Assembly (NCBI GenBank): GCA_001873675.1
Contig: MNZP01000007.1
Location: 1 to 38,750, forward strand
From: Syntrophaceae bacterium CG2_30_49_12
GTDB taxonomy: Bacteria > Desulfobacterota > Syntrophia > Syntrophales > CG2-30-49-12
Reading direction: 5' to 3'
DNA: 38,750 nt
The position numbers and the translations under genes were made by a program. The notes under the pieces are model-generated. The model was given only the letters and a program-made list of their open reading frames with translations. It ran no database searches and was not told where the DNA came from. Of this stretch, positions 35,725-38,750 are shown piece after piece. Numbering within the stretch: position 1 is the stretch's first letter; the number at the start of each line of letters is the position of its first letter.

Positions 35725-36135
35725 CTACTCCTTTTCAGCAAACCGCTGAAGGCGTCTCATAAGAGCGGTTTCATCTTTTGTTTGACATTGCCAAATAACG
35801 AGCACAGACCAACCTTCTTTCTTCAATTCGCGGAGGTTCCGGCGGTCTCTTGCCATATTCCCATCGATCTTTTTATCCCAGAAAACCCTGTTAGTTTCCG
35901 GCCTTGCCGCTCTCGGACAACCTTTGTGCCCATGCCAAAAGCAACCGTGGACAAAGACCGCTTTCTTTTGGCCTCGAATCACCATGTCAGGTGTGCCTGA
36001 TAATCTCCTTACGTTTCCCCGAAATCGTATTCCGAGATTTCTAAGACAGCGTCGTACCAACTTCTCGGGTAGAGTGTGACACCCTTTGATACTCGCCATA
36101 ATCTGTTTCCGTTTTTGCTCCGTAAACCTGTCCAT
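35725..36135 (-). CDS. vsr: Very-short-patch repair endonuclease
   Basis: It has TLPEK.VR..L...G.RFR....L.G.PD.V......AVFVHGCFWHGH.C and WSVLVIWQC. I chose the MDRFTEQ start at 36135 by alignment to E. coli Vsr. Confidence 0.88.
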   Translation of the reverse strand: MDRFTEQKRKQIMASIKGCHTLPEKLVRRCLRNLGIRFRGNVRRLSGTPDMVIRGQKKAVFVHGCFWHGHKGCPRAARPETNRVFWDKKIDGNMARDRRNLRELKKEGWSVLVIWQCQTKDETALMRRLQRFAEKE

Positions 36136-37348
36136 CAGCTGTCGCTTTCCTGCTCGTAAACAGGGAAAGGACGCAGTCCGCAACTCTGGCGGCGAGCATC
36201 GGCGGGACGGCGTTGCCTATCTGTTTTGCGATTTCAATTTTGGTGCCTACAAACCTGAACGAGTCGGGGAATGATTGGAGTCGCGCTGCCTCGCGGTGAG
36301 TAATAGGGCGGTGTTGACTTGGATGCAAATAGCGCCCTTTTTCCGGCTTAAAGAACTCGGTACGTATGGTGAAGGCAGGTCTGTCCCACCAGAGCCTGCC
36401 GAAAAGGTCGGTACCGCCTTGTGTTTTGCGAATCCAGCAGGGGGGCGTGATTTCGGGTGCACGTCTTTGAAGATCAAAACGATTCATTCCTTCTTTGGGA
36501 ATCGTCTTGTATCTCTCCAAACTCAAGGATGTCGGCGTTCTTCCGAAGTGCAAATCCAAAGGCGGCTGTACCTGCCGGATTTCCGTGCCGACCGGTTCGG
36601 GAAGATCGCCGATCGCGGTCCGAACCGTTCGCCAAGGCTGTACCTGAGAAATATGCTTATTAAATTCGTCGGTAAAAAGAAGGCCCGTTTCCAGCCCTTC
36701 AGGCCTTCGATGTGTTTTCTTGGGCGGGAAAAACTTTGATGGGTCGGTAAACTTGCAACCGACAATAAATGCCCGCCAGCGGGTTTGAGGAACTCCGTAA
36801 TCGGCAGCACAAAGTTTCGCCCAGGACAACTTGAAACCGAGAGATCGGGCAGCAACAACTATCTCGTCATGTTCCTCAGACCCGAGCAATTGAGGAACAT
36901 TTTCCATTACAAAAACCTGTGCGCCGGTATGTTCCACAATTTGGAGATAAGGACGCCAAAGCTGTTTTCTATAGTCGTCCTTCCGTTGTTTATTTAGAAG
37001 GCTGAAACCTTGGCAGGGCGGTCCTCCAATAACCACATCGGCTTTCGGTATCTCACTAATGCGGTTCTCAACTATTTCCAATATGTCGTCGGTTGTGCAG
37101 TGACATCCGAAATTGGCCGCATACGTTTTTGCGGCATAAGCGTTAAAGTCGTTTGCCCAGACAGGTACAAATACCTGTCCGAAGAACTGTGAAAAACCAA
37201 GTGTAAGACCGCCTGCGCCGCAGAACAGGTCTACCAGTCTATAACTGGGGCCGGCATCGCGTAGTAACCCTGCCTGCCTTAGAGAATATACCGATTCATC
37301 GTCAGATAGCGGGTAGAGTCGAGCAGATGTTTTAGTTTTTTTGGTCAT
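36041..37348 (-). CDS. dcm: DNA (cytosine-5)-methyltransferase
   Basis: It has motif I DLFCGAGG, motif IV GGPPCQGFS, motif VI ENV and motif X GNAVPP. Confidence 0.93.
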   Translation of the reverse strand: MTKKTKTSARLYPLSDDESVYSLRQAGLLRDAGPSYRLVDLFCGAGGLTLGFSQFFGQVFVPVWANDFNAYAAKTYAANFGCHCTTDDILEIVENRISEIPKADVVIGGPPCQGFSLLNKQRKDDYRKQLWRPYLQIVEHTGAQVFVMENVPQLLGSEEHDEIVVAARSLGFKLSWAKLCAADYGVPQTRWRAFIVGCKFTDPSKFFPPKKTHRRPEGLETGLLFTDEFNKHISQVQPWRTVRTAIGDLPEPVGTEIRQVQPPLDLHFGRTPTSLSLERYKTIPKEGMNRFDLQRRAPEITPPCWIRKTQGGTDLFGRLWWDRPAFTIRTEFFKPEKGRYLHPSQHRPITHREAARLQSFPDSFRFVGTKIEIAKQIGNAVPPMLAARVADCVLSLFTSRKATADGQVYGAKTETDYGEYQRVSHSTREVGTTLS

Positions 37349-37588
37349 GTTTATATTATGCCTGTTTCTGAGCCTGTAAGCAATAAATTAATGATTTATA
37401 TGTCATCATTTCGCCAGCCAACAAGTTATTCTATAGTTTCCGAATAACTCCACAACTCAAGAAGTTCTTTTTGGGCTATAGACAACGATCATTTATTAGT
37501 TATCTTTGTACCCGCAGTCTACCCCACTCATATCCCATTGATACTATTTAAGAAGGATACTTAACATTACAACGCCGGTAATTATTGT

Positions 37589-38531
37589 TCATGAAGGGTG
37601 ATCCTTCAGCCATTTTTTCTTATGAGAGTTTCTGGATTTTTCTTTGTTACGCTGCTGCTTCATAAACCAGGCGATCACGTCTTGAGGGTTCCAGGTGATT
37701 CTCGGGAGAACTACCTCCAGGAGCCTTCGGATCTCAGGAACTGTAGCCGACACACATTTTTTCCCCCCATTGCCGCTGTACGGCTTTCAGGAATGCAAGG
37801 GCAAGCATGGAGAGGGTGATATGGTGATACCAGCCCCGATATTTCGTCAGTTCATAATGGTCGAGCCCGACTTCACCCTTGGCCAGCTTGAAGTCCACCT
37901 CGATGCTCCAGCGCTGACATCCTGCCCAAGCCATTTCGGAGATGGAGACGGTCTCCGGGGCGTTGGACAGGTAAAACTTGATCTCCCTATCTCCTGTTTG
38001 CAGAGATCTCCGGATCATCAGCCAGGAAGCCGGTCCCGGTTCCCCGTTCCGTTTCTCAAAGACCCGCAGGCGAGCGAATTCAAACTCCCTCGGTCCCTTG
38101 TCCCCTTCACGCAGACAGATGCGCTGCCATTGATGGTCAGGAATAGAAGAGACGAGAGACGATGCAGTCACGGCAGGCGGAGATCCCTCCGTCGGTTTCG
38201 GATGCTTCGGTTTTCTTCCCCGTCTGTTCTCCATAACCGGTGGTACTTTCCAGGCAGGGTCGTCCGTCCAGACATGGGTGTCGTAATAGACTTCGAAACA
38301 ATACCATTTGCCCAGTTCCGCAACGTGTTTCCGAAACTCATGCGCATCCCCGTAAGCGCAGTCCCCGCTGACCCACTGAAAAAGCATAAGGCCTCTTTCA
38401 TGGGCCCTGTCCAGCATCTCCATGGCCAGCTCAATCTTCGTCTTGAATCGAACATCTTGAGGAATGCCCGCTCTTTTCCTTCTACCGGCGGCGGTCTCCT
38501 CAAACCACTGAGACAAAATATACGGCTCCTC
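37589..38531 (-). pseudogene. IS701-like (IS4-superfamily DDE) transposase remnant, 5'-truncated and frameshifted
   Basis: The ORF 37734-38516 starts in the middle of the family (..GIP..V.FKTK.ELA..ML; WVSGDCAYG; W.IE..FK..K...GLD.YE...Y.GW.HH). The N-terminal about 150 aa, including the first catalytic D, are absent, and the frame closes at a TAG near 38531. The C-terminal 48 aa (TVPEIRRLLEVVLP...) continue in another frame after a G6A6 run at 37755-37768. Confidence 0.7.
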
Positions 38532-38750
38532 GCTATTTCGTGTGGGTTACTGATATTAATAAAATCAGATAGTAATGAAAATTATGCATAGCATTTGGAG
38601 CCATTTATGCCTGTTAATTTACGGCCCATAATGGGCCTACAATAACTGATAGCTCCATAATTACAGGATGTTATATCAAATTACGCACAAAAGATTGGTA
38701 ACGTTCAAAAGTTGAGGCAAACCTTTTTTTATAAACTTTTTTATCGCATC

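Noticed and set aside
1-38750. A search for tRNA, rRNA, tmRNA, riboswitches and an integron integrase.
   Set aside because: No cloverleaf-like or rRNA-like sequence was seen in the intergenic gaps, all of which are under 500 nt. No tyrosine-recombinase-like ORF (R..H..R..Y pattern) appears in any frame. Visual inspection cannot exclude small ncRNAs.

Overview
The window is a roughly 50% GC chromosomal segment from an anaerobe-like bacterium; a Deltaproteobacteria/Thermodesulfobacteriota-type gene content is my inference only. Most of it is core genome. This includes an acyl-CoA module (MenB/BadI crotonase, HMGCS-like-DUF35 fusion, SCP-x thiolase, MFE-2-type SDR), rpsF-rpsR-rplI-dnaB, rpoH, Rrf2-cydAB, an MFS transporter, a COG4087 HAD protein and a nitroreductase. 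It also includes mutL-miaA-isochorismatase-FAD oxidoreductase-adenine deaminase, MoxR-VWA, uvrC, an NMO/FabK-like reductase, an enoyl-CoA hydratase, an APH-AAA kinase fusion and korAB. Two small accessory islets interrupt this core. Islet 1 (about 20.2-24.4 kb) holds a HEPN/MNT toxin-antitoxin pair, orphan ORFs, a frameshifted DUF488 gene, and a C-protein-controlled type II restriction-modification (RM) system with a textbook C-box. Islet 2 (about 35.1-38.6 kb) holds a dcm-vsr-HNH RM operon next to a decayed IS701-like transposase. The most interesting signal is that both RM modules are bounded, on the same strand, by sequences with integron attC architecture (R''-L''-loop-L'-R', GTTRRRY cores). 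In each case the cassette-start hexamer is complementary, or nearly so, to the R'' box of that module's own downstream attC. This is what integron-type cassettes look like when they sit outside an integron, and no intI is in the window. Other oddities are a 48-bp GC-rich palindromic element inserted in frame in adenine deaminase, heptanucleotide tandem repeats at gene ends, a 158-bp MITE-like inverted-repeat element, and an HMGCS-like domain that appears to lack its catalytic Glu and Cys. No rRNA, tRNA or CRISPR array was recognised. All family assignments come from reading motifs by eye; no searches were run.
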